A stretch of 63,942 nucleotides of DNA, filler included, from Chiloscyllium plagiosum (GCF_004010195.1; 4 parts of one record of this genome joined end to end with filler, not necessarily neighbours in it), one strand, 5' to 3'; counted from the whole stretch's first letter, positions 37,959-51,838 are shown. The notes: generated by a model not told the origin, from the letters alone. Numbers and translations: made by a program.

Positions 37959-40900
37959 AATGGAAAGGATTCTGGGTAATCCAAGATGGAGGATGGGAAA
38001 AAATTGTGGCTGTAACAGCTCTTTTGAGGTGTTTTAGGTGCTGGAGGTGATTTACTTGAATTCTGGGAGCAGCAATTACTGTTTTATATACTGTTGCATT
38101 GTTTTGGAACTTTGGGGAAAAAAGATCAAAACAATAGCACTTTTAAAAGGAGGAAGACAGACAAAGGCAGTGACCATATGACACAGCAGTGATTCTGCAG
38201 TGTTACTGCCCTTGCTGTTTGAGTTTAAGTATCTTTGGACATCAAAGGGCATCTCGGAAAAAAATATGAACAGCGAAATTCACAACGGGCCTGGGAGGAA
38301 CCTGTTTGGGAAAGGTCACAGCACAGATACAGATAAATGCGTAGTTTTTAAGTGTAGCCTTGCTGTATATCTACAATAGTGTGTAGAGTGGTTTCTTTCT
38401 TGATTATATGTTTTATTGATATCTGTCTCTTGATTACTTTTAAACATACATAAACCACAAGTATTAAGTTAGCTTGGAGTAGTACTTATTTAGAGCTATA
38501 AGACGCTGCTATTTTCTGGGTCTGCAGATTATGAAGGATGGCTATTACTAGAGTGATGTGTTCTTCCTGTTGGATGTGGGAGTTTAGGAAGAGTTTCCAT
38601 GTTACTGCTGATTATGTCTGCTGTAAGTATTTTTGGTTGCAAATACTATCAGATAGCATAGATTGGTTGGAGCGGCCATTACAGGCAATAAGGAATTTAG
38701 AAGAGATAGGGGGTGTGATGGTAGGCATTTATAGAAAGGGAGAAAAGTTGCAAATACACCAGGTATATGGCTTAGCTCCAGGAAATGGAGGAGAGGAAGG
38801 CAGGTAGTGCAGGAATCTCCTGTGGTGATCCCCATCTCAAACAAGTATACTGCTTTGGAAAATGTAGGGGGTGATGGACTCTCAGGGGAATGTAGCACAA
38901 ACAGCCAAGTTTCTGGTACCGAGAATCACTCTAATGTATTGAGAGTACATCGGGTTCCAAGTGATCGATTGTGATTGGTGACTCTCCAGTCAAAGGCACA
39001 GACAGACGTTTCTATTGCCAGCAGCAAAAAATCAGAATGGTGTGTTGCCTCCCTAGTGCCAGGATCAAGGATATCTCTGAGAGAGTGCAGAATGTTCTCA
39101 AAGGGGAGAGGCACCAGCAGGATGTTATTGTACACATTGGAACTAACAGCATAGGAAGGAAAAGGATGACATTCTGAAGGGAGAATATAGTAAGTTAGGT
39201 AGGAATTTAAAAAGGAGGTCTTTGAGGGTAGTAATATCTGGATTACTCCCAGTACCATGAGCTAGTGAGGGTAGAAGTAAGAGGATAGAGCCGATGAATG
39301 CGTGACTGAGGAGCTGGTGCAGGGGAGAAGGGTTCACATTTTTGGATAATTGCAATCTCTTCTGGGGTAGAAGTGACCTGTACAAGAAGAATGGATTGCA
39401 CCTGAATTGGAAAGGGGACTAATATACTGGCAGGAAATTTGCTAAAACTGCTCAGGAAGATTTAAACTTATAAGGTTGGGGTGGGACCCAAGGAGATAGA
39501 GAGGAAAGACATTAATCTGGGACTGGTACAGTTGGGAAAAGGATAGAGTCAAACAGTCGAGGCAGGCAAGAACAAAACAGAGAACAAGGTAGGAATGATA
39601 AATGAAACTGCATTTACTTCAATGCAAAAGGCCTAACAGGAAAGGCAGGTGAACTCAGGGCATGATTAGGAACATGGGACTGGAATATCATAGCAATTAC
39701 AGAGACATGGCTCAGAGATAGGGAGGACTGGCAGCTTAATGTTCCAGGATACAAATGCTACAGGAAGAGTAGAAAGGGGGACAGGAGAGGAGGAGGGTGG
39801 GGTGGCATTTTTGATAAGGTATAGTATTACTGCTGTACATAGGGAGGATATTCCTGGGAATACATTCAGATAAGTTATTTGGGTGGAACGGAGAAATAGG
39901 AAAAGGATGGTCAGCTTTTTGTGATTGTATTATAGGCCCCCCAATGGTCAGTGGGATATTGAGAAACAAATTTGTAAGGAGATTTCAGTTATCTGTAAGA
40001 ATAATAAGGTGGTTACAATAGGGGATTTTAACTTTCCAAACATAGACTGNNNNNNNNNNNNNNNNNNNNNNNNNNNNNNNNNNNNNNNNNNNNNNNNNNN
40101 NNNNNNNNNNNNNNNNNNNNNNNNNNNNNNNNNNNNNNNNNNNNNNNNNNNNNNNNNNNNNNNNNNNNNNNNNNNNNNNNNNNNNNNNNNNNNNNNNNNN
40201 NNNNNNNNNNNNNNNNNNNNNNNNNNNNNNNNNNNNNNNNNNNNNNNNNNNNNNNNNNNNNNNNNNNNNNNNNNNNNNNNNNNNNNNNNNNNNNNNNNNN
40301 NNNNNNNNNNNNNNNNNNNNNNNNNNNNNNNNNNNNNNNNNNNNNNNNNNNNNNNNNNNNNNNNNNNNNNNNNNNNNNNNNNNNNNNNNNNNNNNNNNNN
40401 NNNNNNNNNNNNNNNNNNNNNNNNNNNNNNNNNNNNNNNNNNNNNNNNNNNNNNNNNNNNNNNNNNNNNNNNNNNNNNNNNNNNNNNNNNNNNNNNNNNN
40501 NNNNNNNNNNNNNNNNNNNNNNNNNNNNNNNNNNNNNNNNNNNNNNNNNAAGGCAAGGCAGGTGACTGAGATGTCAGTGGGGAAGCACTTGGGATCCAAT
40601 GACCATAATTCTATTAGTTTTAAAACAGTGATCAAAAAGGATAGACCAAATCTAAAAGTTGAAATTATAAATTGGAGCAATGTTAATTTTGACAGTATCA
40701 GGCAAGAGCTTTCAAAAGATGATTGAGGGCAGATGTTCGCAGGTAAGGGGACTGCTGGAAAATGGGAAGCCTTCAAAAATGAGATAACGAGAGTCCAGAG
40801 AAAGTACGTTCCTGTCAGGGTGAAAGGCAAGGCTGGTAGTTGAAGGGAGTGCAGATGACTAGAGAAATTGAGGTTTTGGTTAAGAAAACAAAAGAAGCAT

Positions 40901-41972
40901 ATGTCAGGTATGGACAGGATAGATCGAGTAAATCCTTAGAAGAGTAGAAAGGCAGTAGGCATATACATAAGAGGGAAATCAAGAAGGCAAAAAGAGGACA
41001 TGAAATAACTTTGGCAATAGGTAAAGGAGAATCCAAGGGATTTTATAAATATATTGAGGACAAAGGGGTAAGTAGGGAGAGATGAGGGCCCTCAAAGATC
41101 AGCAAAGCAGCCTATGTGTGGAACCACAGGAGATGAGGGAGATACTAAACAAATATTTTGCATCAGTGTTTAATGTGGAGAAAGACATGAAAGGTATGGA
41201 ATGTGAAAAAAAAGATGGTGACATCTTAAAAATGTCCATATTACAGAGGAGGTGGTGCTGGAAGTCTTAAAATGCATAAAAATGGATAAATCCCCAGGAC
41301 CTGATCAGGTTTATCCTGGAACTCTGTCAGAAGCTAGGGAAATGATTGCTGGGCCCTTTGCTGAGATATTTGTGTCATCTATAGCCACAGCTGAGGTGTC
41401 AGAAGACTGGAGGTTGGCTATTTAAGAAAGGTGGTAAGGAAAAGCCAGGGATCTATAGATCGGTGAGCCTGACATTGGTGGTGGGCAAGTTGTTGGAGGG
41501 AATCCTGAGGGATAGGATTTACGTGAATTTGGAAAGGCAAGGATTGATTAGGGATACTGAACATGGCTTTGTGTGTGGGAAATCATGTCTCATTAACTTG
41601 ATTGAGTTTTTTGAAGAAGTAACAAAGAGGATTGATGAAGGCAGAGTGGTGGAAGTGATCTGTATGGAATTCAGTAAGATGCTCGACAAGGTTCTTCACA
41701 CTGATTGGTTAGTAAGGTTAGATCTTATGGAATAGAGGGAGAAATAGCCATTTGGATACAGAGCTGGCTTGAATGTAGAAGACAGAGGATGGTGGTTGGG
41801 TGCAACTGCAACATTTAAAAGGCACCTGGATGGATATATGAATGGGAAGGGTTTAGAGGGATATGGGCTAAGTGCTGGCAAATGAGGCTGGATTAGGTTA
41901 AGATATCTGGTCGGTATGGACGAGTAGGACCGAAGAGTCTGTTTCTGTGCTGTGCATCTCTATGACTCTATG
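37959..41972 (+). mobile_element. Near full-length decayed CR1 LINE: 5' UTR, ORF1 (zinc finger plus SGNH esterase) and ORF2 (APE endonuclease plus RT) with a gap and an internal deletion
   Basis: MCSSCWMWE..YVCCK (38538), IGDS.VKG and VHIGTN (38971), YYRPPN and GDFNFPNID (39925), SPGPD, HGF..GKSCL.NL; (CTATGA)n tail. Confidence 0.93.
40050..40549. other. Assembly gap (500 N)
   Basis: N run inside the CR1. Confidence 0.99.
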
Positions 41973-43289
41973 ACCTGTGAGACCTGACCCACATAAATGT
42001 GGATTAACTCTTTCCTGTCCTCTGGGTAATTAGCAATGAATAGGAGACATCCATATCCCACTAACAAATTTTGAAAACAAATACTCATAATTGTCCCTCA
42101 TTACTTTTCTCATTTTTTTTAAATTTTGCTTTCTTTATTGTTTTCTAAATCTGTTTAAACTTCAAATTTACTGCTAAACTTCGCAGTATTGTCTACCTTT
42201 TCTTTAAATTTAATGTAATTTGTAACTTCCTCATTGTGATGGTTAGATGTCATTTTATTTCTATTTACTTGCAAGTGATCCTCCTCTTCAAATAAATTGG
42301 TCCTTGACAAATCACAAGAGGGTACTGCAGTAACTCTCATGAATCCACTCACACATGTAGCCTCTGCTGCTATTATCACAAAGTCTGGAGCTACATGCCT
42401 AACTGTTCTGCTATAATCAAAGCCAAATACAACAGATGCTGGAAATCTGAAAGAAAAAGAGAAAATCCTGGTGAACTTCAATAGTTCGAACACTATCTGT
42501 GGAGAGAGAAACAGAATTAATATAACTCTTCTTTAGTTCTGAAGAACTTCAAATATTAACTCTATTTCTCTCTCCATAGATGGGTTTCTCCAACATTTTC
42601 TCTTTCTATTTTAGCCATTCGCTTAACTGCTTTCAGACTTCCACAATAGAACAGCTTTCTTGCAAATGATCAGCTTCAACATTCACTCCCGCCAGTTTGG
42701 ATACACTGGTATGTCCCATAAACAAGTTGAGCTGCACCAACTCGCCAAGGCTGCTTTCATAGCGCCCAGAAAACCTGTAACCTTTACTATTTAGAAGGAC
42801 GAGGCCAGCTGATAAAAGGGAACATCACCTCCTGCAAGTACCCCTCCAAGCCACCACGGTTCTCTCTAATTTTCCTCTCAGCCATGTGGACCTCCAAGGC
42901 TCATACGTGGCAGTAACTTCTGGAACTGGAAGCCAATGCCTCAATAAGTGTGCCAACTCCAATTACCATGTGTGGAACATTGGGGTGGCTGGGAACACAT
43001 ACCATTACACAGTTTTGATGGAATGTTGCAAGCCATACACCAATCTGATTTCGATCTATACAGCTGTTCTTTCCATTTTGTGAGGTGCAAATCCTCAAAC
43101 AGCTTTCTGAAGCACCTCACCACAAATGCACAACTGTTTGAAAACATTCTATCTCTTACATTAGGAGAACCTGGTTCACAATAACTGAAAGTCCATGTGA
43201 ACTGATGTTGAGTCAGGGACAGTTTCTATCCAGATGCTCATGCAGATGAAAGAGGCAGCCACGATTGTCAGTGGAGAAGGGAAATCAAG

Positions 43290-45413
43290 TTGGAGATCTC
43301 AGCTATCTGTAAGAATAATAGGGTGGTTATGGTAGGGGATTTTAACTTTCCAAACATAGACTGGGACTGTCATAGTGTTAAGAGTTTAGATGGAGAGGAA
43401 TTTCTTAAGTGTGTACAAGAAAATTTTCTGATTCAGTTTGTGGATGTACCTACTAGAGAAGGTGCAAAACTTGACCTACTCTTGGGAAATAAGGCAGGGC
43501 AGGTAACTGAGGTGTCAGTGGGGGAGCACTTTGTGTCCAGCGACCATAATTCTATTAAATTTAAAATAGTGATGGAAAATGATAAACCAGATCTAAAAGT
43601 TGAAGTTCTAAATTGGAGAAAGGCCAACTTTGACGGTATTAAGCAAGAAATTTCAAAAGCTGATTGAGGGCAGATGTTCGCAGGTAAAGGGACGGCTGGA
43701 AAATGGGAAGCCTTTAGGAATGAGATAATGAGAATCCAGAGAAAGTATATTCCTGTTAGGGTGAAAGGAAAGGCTGGTAGGTATAGGGAATGCTGGATGA
43801 CTAAAGAATTTGAGGGTTTGGTTAAGAAAAAGAAAGAAACATATGTAAGGTATGGCCAGGATAGATCGAGTGAATCCTAAGAAGATTATAAAGGTAGTAG
43901 GAGTATACTTAAGAAGGAAATCAGGAGGGTAAAAAGGGGACAAGAGATAGCTTTGGCAAATAGAATTAAGGAGAATNNNNNNNNNNNNNNNNNNNNNNNN
44001 NNNNNNNNNNNNNNNNNNNNNNNNNNNNNNNNNNNNNNNNNNNNNNNNNNNNNNNNNNNNNNNNNNNNNNNNNNNNNNNNNNNNNNNNNNNNNNNNNNNN
44101 NNNNNNNNNNNNNNNNNNNNNNNNNNNNNNNNNNNNNNNNNNNNNNNNNNNNNNNNNNNNNNNNNNNNNNNNNNNNNNNNNNNNNNNNNNNNNNNNNNNN
44201 NNNNNNNNNNNNNNNNNNNNNNNNNNNNNNNNNNNNNNNNNNNNNNNNNNNNNNNNNNNNNNNNNNNNNNNNNNNNNNNNNNNNNNNNNNNNNNNNNNNN
44301 NNNNNNNNNNNNNNNNNNNNNNNNNNNNNNNNNNNNNNNNNNNNNNNNNNNNNNNNNNNNNNNNNNNNNNNNNGGGTGGTGGTGGAGGGTTGTTTTTCAG
44401 ACTGGAGGCCTGTGACCAGTGGAGTGCCACAAGGATCGGTGCTGGGCCCTCTACTTTTTGTCATTTACATAAATGATTTAGATGCGAGCATAAGAGGAAC
44501 AGTTAGTAAGTTTTCAGATGACACCAAAATTGGAGGTGTAGTGGACAGTGAAGAGGGTTACCTCAGATTACAACAGGATCTTGACCAGATGGGCCAATGG
44601 GCTGAGAAGTGCAGATCGAATTTAATTCAGATAAATGCGAGGTGCTGCATCTTGGTAAAGCAAATCTTAGCAGGACTTATACACTTAATGGTAAGGTCCT
44701 AGGGAGTGTTGCCGAACAAAGAGCCTTGGAGTGCAGGTTCATAGCTCCTTGAAAATGGAGTCGCAGTTGGATAGGATAGTGAAGAAGGCGTTTGGTATGC
44801 TTTGTTTTATTGGTCAGAGTATTGAGTACAGGAGTTGGGAGGTCACGTTGCGGCTGTACAGGACATTGGTTGAACACTGTTGGAATATTGTGTGCAATTC
44901 TGATCTCCTTCATATGTTGTGAAACTTGAAAGAGTTCAGAAAAGATTTACAAGGATGTTGCCAGGGTTAGAGAATTTGAGCTACAGGGAGAGGCTGAACA
45001 GGCTGGGGCTGATTTCCCTGGAGCGTCGGAGGCTGAGGGGAGACTTTATATAGGTTTACAAAATTATGAGGGGCATGGATAGGAAAAATAGATAAAGGCT
45101 TTTCCCTGGGATGGGGGAGTCCAGAACTAGACGGCACAGGTTTAGGGTGAGAGGGGAAAGATATAAAAGGGACCTAAAACTTTTTCACATTGGGGGTGGT
45201 GCGTGTATGGAATGAGCTGTCAGAGGTAGTGGTGGAGGCTGATACAATTGGAACACTTAACAGACATTTGGATGGGTATATGAATAGGAACAGTTTGGAG
45301 GGATATGGGCCGGGTGCTGGCAGGTGGGACTAGATTGGGTTGGGATAGCTGGTCGGCATGGAAGGGTTGGACTGAAGGGTCTGTTTCCATGCTGTACATC
45401 TCTATGACTCTAT
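43290..45413 (+). mobile_element. 5'-truncated CR1 LINE ORF2 (endonuclease end plus RT), gap at 43977-44373
   Basis: GDFNFPNIDW, PTREGAKLDL, SDHN, SGVPQGSVLGPLLF, FSDDTK; CTCTATGACTCTAT tail. Confidence 0.95.
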
Positions 45414-46189
45414 TCTTGGTCAGGTCAAGAGGAAATGGTGTCAGTCAGCGGGTGTCACCACAGTCTGTTAAGGGTAGTGGCTGATCTCAGTTCAGGGGCT
45501 TGGACACAGTCAGTCAACCACTCAAGGACACAGAACTGATTTTATCTCACCTTGAACTGTGAATATTTTCCAACCTGCCATTAAATGCAATGCTGTCTTT
45601 CTTGGGAAGTTTGAGGGTGAGTGTGTAGGTCAAGGTTTCAGTATTCCTACTGCGCCAGCAATCTATTACTGTATTTGTGTCATATGCTTATGCTGCATAT
45701 ATTGAAATAAGGTCCACTATGTCAAAGGTCTATGTTTGTCTTTCCATGGTTCTCTGAGCCGAAGCCCTCATATCCCACTGTATCGAGAACTCTGCAAAAC
45801 AGTCATTTGTGTTTACCCCACACAATTTCATTGGAGTCAGAACAAATGGAGTCAGCAGGTGTCACTTTCACTGTGGCCACAAAGCAATAAAGACGCAGAG
45901 AAATTGAGGAGGAACAGATGTTCCAACAATTTCAGGGTCAGCAGCATCCTCCAGCAGATACCAAAAAGCCTTGACATAAAGAGATTGCAGCCTCGACGTT
46001 CCTTTAGGATGTGGAGGAGAGACACAAAGTCCAGAGTGTTAGATGTCAAGTGCCCCAGATGACTGAGAATTTCACCAGACACTGTTAGCAGCCAATGCAA
46101 ACTGCTGGAGTGGGACTTGTCACTGAAGAGTGAGTGGACATTGTTTCCTGGTGACTGTTGAGGTGACAGATGTGTTAAATGTTTGTGCA

Positions 46190-46920
46190 ACTGTGTGCTT
46201 CCAAAGATTCACTGGGGTTCTGAATGGGACCTCTCAATCCTCAAACCACAAATGTATCAATGTTGTTACCGATGCAAATGGAACTGGATGACACTATCTA
46301 ATCTTATTTTCCCTTGTGGTGAGCCAAGGCAGTAGATTTTGCCAACAAAGCTGGCTTTCTCCAGGTGCAAGTAGCTTTAATCTGTGCACACGTTTCATTG
46401 AGAGCACCATATCATAATGTGGCTGAGTTCACCAACAAAAAAAGTGTTCGATTTCATCAATTTACAAGTCATCTATTATCATTGATGCCACACCTTAGAT
46501 GTCTATGCCAAGTACTCTGGAAATTGCCAGAAAGACTTGATCTTTGAGAACACTTATGTTCTTGCTTCATTTCAAGAGCTGGGTGCCTTACTCAGATGGT
46601 TACTGGGAAATTTAGGATCCCCTCTGCAATGATGGCTGATGACTCTGTTATGCAAAATCCTGACTGAGGCTGAGTCTAGATATAATGCAGTCCATTCTTC
46701 CACTGGGGCCTGGCCAGAACAGATGATAGGCCTGCTGAGGATGCAGCTCTGATGCTTGGATCACTTTGGGTGATCTTGCAGTCCAGTCCAAACAGAGTGC
46801 GTCACATAATCATAACATGTTGTGCTTTATACAACTGGAGCAGGAAATGAGGGGATGTGATGGACTATGAAGAGTTGGAAGAGTGCCTGCCATCTTCTAA
46901 AGAGGAAGATGAAGGCATTG
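46190..46920 (+). mobile_element. PIF/Harbinger (HARBI1-like) DDE transposase pseudogene fragment
   Basis: AGFLQVQVALICAHVSLRAP..FTNKK; WLLGNLGSPLQ*WLMTL..TEAESRYNAVHSST..EQMIGLLRMQL*CLD; SPNRVRHIIITCCALYN; acidic tail. Confidence 0.85.
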
Positions 46921-47051
46921 AGCAGGAGGAACATCATTTTCAATGTGATAGAGTACTGTTTGTCCAGCATCACACTTTTTGACTCTGATCTCTAATATCT
47001 GCAGTCCTCACTTTCTCCCATCAGGCACATCAAACCAGACAGAATTTAGTT

Positions 47052-47245
47052 CTGCAGATGCCAGAAATCTGAAAAAAAACCAGAAACTCAGCAGGTCTAG
47101 CAGCATCTGTAGAGTGAGAAAGTTATTTTTTTCAAATCAAGTTCCAAAGAAGAATCATACCAGACTTGAAATGCTAACTCTGTTTCTCTCTCCATAGATG
47201 CTGCTGGATCTGTTGAGTTTTTCCAGCATGCTCTGTTTTGTTTAG
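47052..47245. mobile_element. Hairpin-shaped old PLE-end module; related copies at 15300-15420, 29400-29515, 31055-31130 and 42425-42612
   Basis: AAACTCAGCAGGTCTAGCAGCATCT pairs with AGATGCTGCTGGATCTGTTGAGTTT as inverted arms. Confidence 0.65.
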
Positions 47246-47974
47246 GACCTAATTTTTGCCCAGATCCAATCGATGTGAGTTGCGTGAAGTAATTATTCAT
47301 TGCTGGTAGATCCGTTGTTGATCAAAAGGCTAGCAGCCCTTGTCTGTTCCTAGAAGCAAATGTAACTTTGTTTTGTTGATTTTTCTTTGCTTTTTCTGTT
47401 GTTCAGTGAAAGTTACTATTTTGAGCAGTTCAGTTGGCTTTCCAGTATGTGACTCTCCCATATTGTAAAATTACAAGATGTTATGTAATACCAGACATTA
47501 GGGAAGGAGTAATACTTCCCTAGACAGTGATCTAGCATGGGATGGTGTTAAGGATGAATAAACTGTGTGGCTGGATTCTTGTAGCTGCAGTTACAATGAT
47601 GGTCAATCAGACATATGAAGATGTAAACTAGCAATACGTTTATGAATGTGAGCTTCCAACCGCAATGAAGTGCAATCCGTGTGGCCTATGTAACTTAAGC
47701 AGCTTTTCTTATCATTTTTCTGCCATAATGTGTACTATGATTTAGGGCTGGTAACAATTTACCTGATGTACAGCTGGTCTTTAGGTATAGTGCTGGTAGT
47801 GTGAATCCTAGGAGATCTCTGTGGTTGCGGATATGCCTGGTGTGAACACTGTGCAATAGAATCAATTTGCATGCATATGAGGTGAGCAGAGTAAAATGGT
47901 GTGAGTTAATTTGCTCCAGCTCACAGAGCCAAGACTCCCATGAAAGTCTTTGAAGTTGACAAGGATGAGCCAAG

Positions 47975-48576
47975 CTGCAACTCCCAGGTCATTTCCTCTG
48001 CCCTGAAGCTCTTCAACCATGTCCTGAAACAAACTCGCTACCACAGCCACATTTGCTTCCTCAGTACCTGCCTCCGTAACCAACTCATCCCACACGGACT
48101 CCGGACCACCTTTAAACCAGCAGAGTTCGGACCCGAACAGGACAAACAGTACAGACTACAGATTCAAAAACACCAGCAACAGTTCTCCTTCAAGATCCTC
48201 CGCTCCACGCTTGCAGCAATGCGCCGGCACCTAACCTCTCTACAGTCTGCCCTGCCTCAGCTGAGGGCCACACTCTCTCAGAATTGCAAAGGACCCACTC
48301 TGTACTACATCCTCAGGAGAATCCATACTCTCAACAAACAGTATTTCAATTCCATCTCAAACATCAAAAACTGGAAGTACAACAAACTTTTATCTACCCA
48401 CCTCCATAACCAGCGCTCCTCAAACATTCCAGAAGATTCCCCTGGCCTCGGAAACACCATTAGCCATGCGGCTGATGCAGCTACCACCCCCACGCTGATT
48501 GATGATGTCACTTCTGCCCCCATCATGGCCACTCCCACAGCCACTTCCGGCCCTCACATCACCGCCGATGCCACAC
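47975..48576 (+). mobile_element. Penelope-like element N-terminal ORF region, cut by a gap
   Basis: HICFLSTCLRNQLIPHGL (H..FL..C....IP.GL motif); homologous to 1790-2209. Confidence 0.85.
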
Positions 48577-48676
48577 NNNNNNNNNNNNNNNNNNNNNNNN
48601 NNNNNNNNNNNNNNNNNNNNTTAATTAATTAANNNNNNNNNNNNNNNNNNNNNNNNNNNNNNNNNNNNNNNNNNNN
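48577..48676. other. Assembly gap with TTAATTAATTAA spacer
   Basis: 44 N + 12 nt + 44 N. Confidence 0.97.
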
Positions 48677-49173
48677 TAAGATGATGAGTTTACGGAAGGT
48701 CTGGGAGATGATGTTTTGGTGGTGGGGGGTGGGGTCATGGTCAAGGGGGCAGTAGGAGGAGGTAGGAGGAGGATTTCCTTAGAGCAAAGGAGACTAAGAG
48801 AGGGGATTATGATTGGAATGTATAAAATTATGGGGAGCTTAAATGGGGTAGACAGGAAGCGACTTTCCCTCTTGTTGGAGAATTCAATGATCAGGGGCCA
48901 TAAATGAAGGTGAGGGACAGGAGGTTTAGAGGGGATGTGAGGAAAAGATTCTTCATTTAGACAATTTGGGAATCTGGAACTCACTGCCTTAAGAGTGGCA
49001 AAGGCAGATAACCTCATAACAATGAGAAAGTGTTCAGAAGTGTCAAGGTATGCAACACGATGAGCCAAGTGCTGTAAAATGGTATTAGAATAGTTAGATG
49101 TTTGTTTTTGACTGGTGCAGACTCGATGAGCTAAAGAGCCTTTTCTGTGCTGTAGACCTCGATGACTCTATGA
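48677..49173. mobile_element. PLE fragment (-, 48677-48765) joined to a CR1 3' end (+, 48770-49173)
   Basis: The first part matches 515-598. The second reads SLEQRRLR..MYKIM and has a GACTCTATGA tail. Confidence 0.8.
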
Positions 49174-50923
49174 CAATCTGAGACTAGAGTCTCATTTGCA
49201 TATTATATTGATTGACACCCCACAGCCTCTCTCCGAAGTGGATTACTCAGACACTCACCACTGCTAAAACAGAAGCATTTATACTTCAGACACATTTCAG
49301 TTTTTGTTCAAATCAATTTTTGTTTTAATCCACACTTTTCCCATATTTAGTTGCTTAATCATTGTCCTGCTCACCTGCACCCCTTCCCTCAAATATGTTG
49401 AACAAAAGGAGAAATATCTTTTAAAAAACACTCAACACCAAAATTATTAAGTTAATTTTGAGAAAGAGCACCTGGTTGAGGAGGACAATGCAGCATCAGC
49501 AGAAATGTGGTTAAAAATAAACTACATCAGTTTCCAGGTGGTCGATCTCGCTTAACTGAAGTTCTTTGAAGATATAATTGATTTAATTGAGAAGCCAACT
49601 GAGCAGTTTTAATCAGGACCATTTTGTGAAGAGGTACTGACAGAGTGGAACCTCATAGACATCAGGCACAACACAATACAGGTACATGTAAACAGATTAT
49701 CTTTTCTTGCCCTTCTTGGCTTCTGTTGTGTTATTCTTGGATGTATGTATGAGCAGATTCATTGAATCCTGAGATTTATAAATCTTTTACACATTTTAGT
49801 GTTTATCAAGTTATATTCTGGTTCATAATGCTAGCAGTACTTCAGCTCTGACAGGCCTGAAATCATATCTGGAAATTTGCAGTGAGCAGCTCATGATTTT
49901 TCATCTATCAATTTAGATAAAAACATCAACTTGGTGTAAAGGAACATTGAGAAAGTCATTTATTGTTGATATTTATTGCACTGTTAGTTTAAAAAAACAC
50001 CCAAAATCATGATAATTTACTGCATATTAGAATGCTACCAGTTGTGTAAGTGATGGTTCACACTATCTGTGCACCTCAGTGTCCTGTGTGCTTAACTTTC
50101 CTGCATACCTAAGAGCCTAAGGCATGATGATTGGAATCTGCTCCCTGTTGGCCTAACATGCATTATCAAGCAGGTAAAGGTTTCTCCGCAGATCAGAAGA
50201 CTGGCCTAAATGCATAATAGTTTGGATGTCGTTAATTTGATCATTGTTTTCATTGTGGTTAGGCAATTGGAAGTATGTAAGAGGCTCCGAAACCAAACAA
50301 GAAGGTATTTGGTGTAATGGTAATTAGGGCAATTTGTCAAACAGCACAAGTTATACAGGGTACTTAACAAGCAAAGGCAATCTGAATTGTATTTCAGAAG
50401 GCCATTCTTCCTATTGACTCTTGCTACATAAATGCCTTGTGATACTTTTTGTCTTCCGTCTTCCGATATCATCTTCAAATCTGGGCAATGTACCTCTTTT
50501 CTCCGTCTTTTCAATCCACTATGTACAAGGCCATCTTCCTGTGCTTTTCTGTGCTTTACTGGTGTAATTGTGCTTTGATCTTGTCACTTCGTCTGTTAGT
50601 ACTTGCATTAACTTATCAATCATGGTCATGTGGTAAGGGACAGAGACTGATGCTGAGGGTTATTTTTCAGACTGGAGGCTTGTAACCAGTAGGCCTGTGA
50701 CCTGTGATCCCTGTTCTGCAGGGATCGGTGCTGGGTCCACTGTTTGTCATTTATATAAACAATTTAGATGAGAATTTAGGAGGCATAATTTAAAAGTTTG
50801 CAGATGGCACTGAAGTTGATGGTATAGTGGACAGTGAAAAAGGTTATCTAAGATTACAAAGGGATTTTGATCTAATGGGCCAATTGGGTGAGGATAGGCA
50901 GCTGGAGTTTAATTTAGATAAAT

Positions 50924-51272
50924 GGGGCAGCACAGTGGCTCAGTGGTTAGCACTGCTGCCTCACTGCACCAGGGACCCAGGTTCAATTCTGGCCTTGGGT
51001 GACTGTCTGTGTGGAGTTTGCAAATTCTCCCCATGTCTGTGTGGGTTTCCTCTGCGTGCTCGGGTTTCCTCCCACAGTCCAAAGATGTGCTGGTTAGGTG
51101 AATTGGCCATGCTAAATTTCTCGTAATGTTAAGTTCATTAGTCAGGGGTAAATGTAGGGGAATGAGTCTGGGTGGGTTGCTCTTCTGAGGGCCGGTGTGG
51201 ACTTGTTGGGCCAAATGGTCTGTTTCCACACTGTAGAGAATCTAATCTAATCTAATGTAATTTAGTCTAATC
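50924..51272 (+). mobile_element. HE1-type SINE nested in CR1, TSD TAAATG
   Basis: TAAATG at 50919-50924 and 51273-51278; full head, core and (TCTAA)n tail. Confidence 0.92.
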
Positions 51273-51838
51273 TAAATGTGAGATATTGCATTTTGCTAAG
51301 ACGAACAAGGGCAAGATTTAAACAGTTAGTGGCAGGGTCCTGGGTGGTGTTATACAACAGAGAAACCCAGGGTTCAGCTGCATAACTCTTTGAAATTTGC
51401 ATTACAGATAGACAGGGTTGTTAAGAAGGCATGGTTCCCTTCACTGGTCAGACCATTGAGCATAGGAGTGGAGATGTCATGTTGAGATTTTACAGGACAT
51501 TGGTGAGGCCACTTTTGGAGTACTGTTTACAGTTCAGACTGCCCTGCTATAGGAAGGATGTTATTAAATTGGAGAGGGTTCAGAAGAGATTTACCAGGAT
51601 ATTGCCTGGACTGGAGGGTTTGAGTAATAAGGAGAGACTGGATAGGCTGGAACTTTTCTCATTGGAGCATAGAAGTCTAAGGGGTGACTTTAAAGAGGCT
51701 TATAAAATCATGAGAGTAATAGATAAGGTGAATAGCAAAGGTCTTTTCCCTAGGGTAGGGGAGTTCAAAACTAGAGGGCATATTTTTAAAGTTTGAGAAA
51801 AAGATTTAAAAGAGACCTGAGGGGCAACTTATTCACAT

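Noticed and set aside
39925..40830. Long ORFs containing X runs, also at 43886-44702
   Set aside because: They are artefacts of translating through N gaps within CR1 elements.
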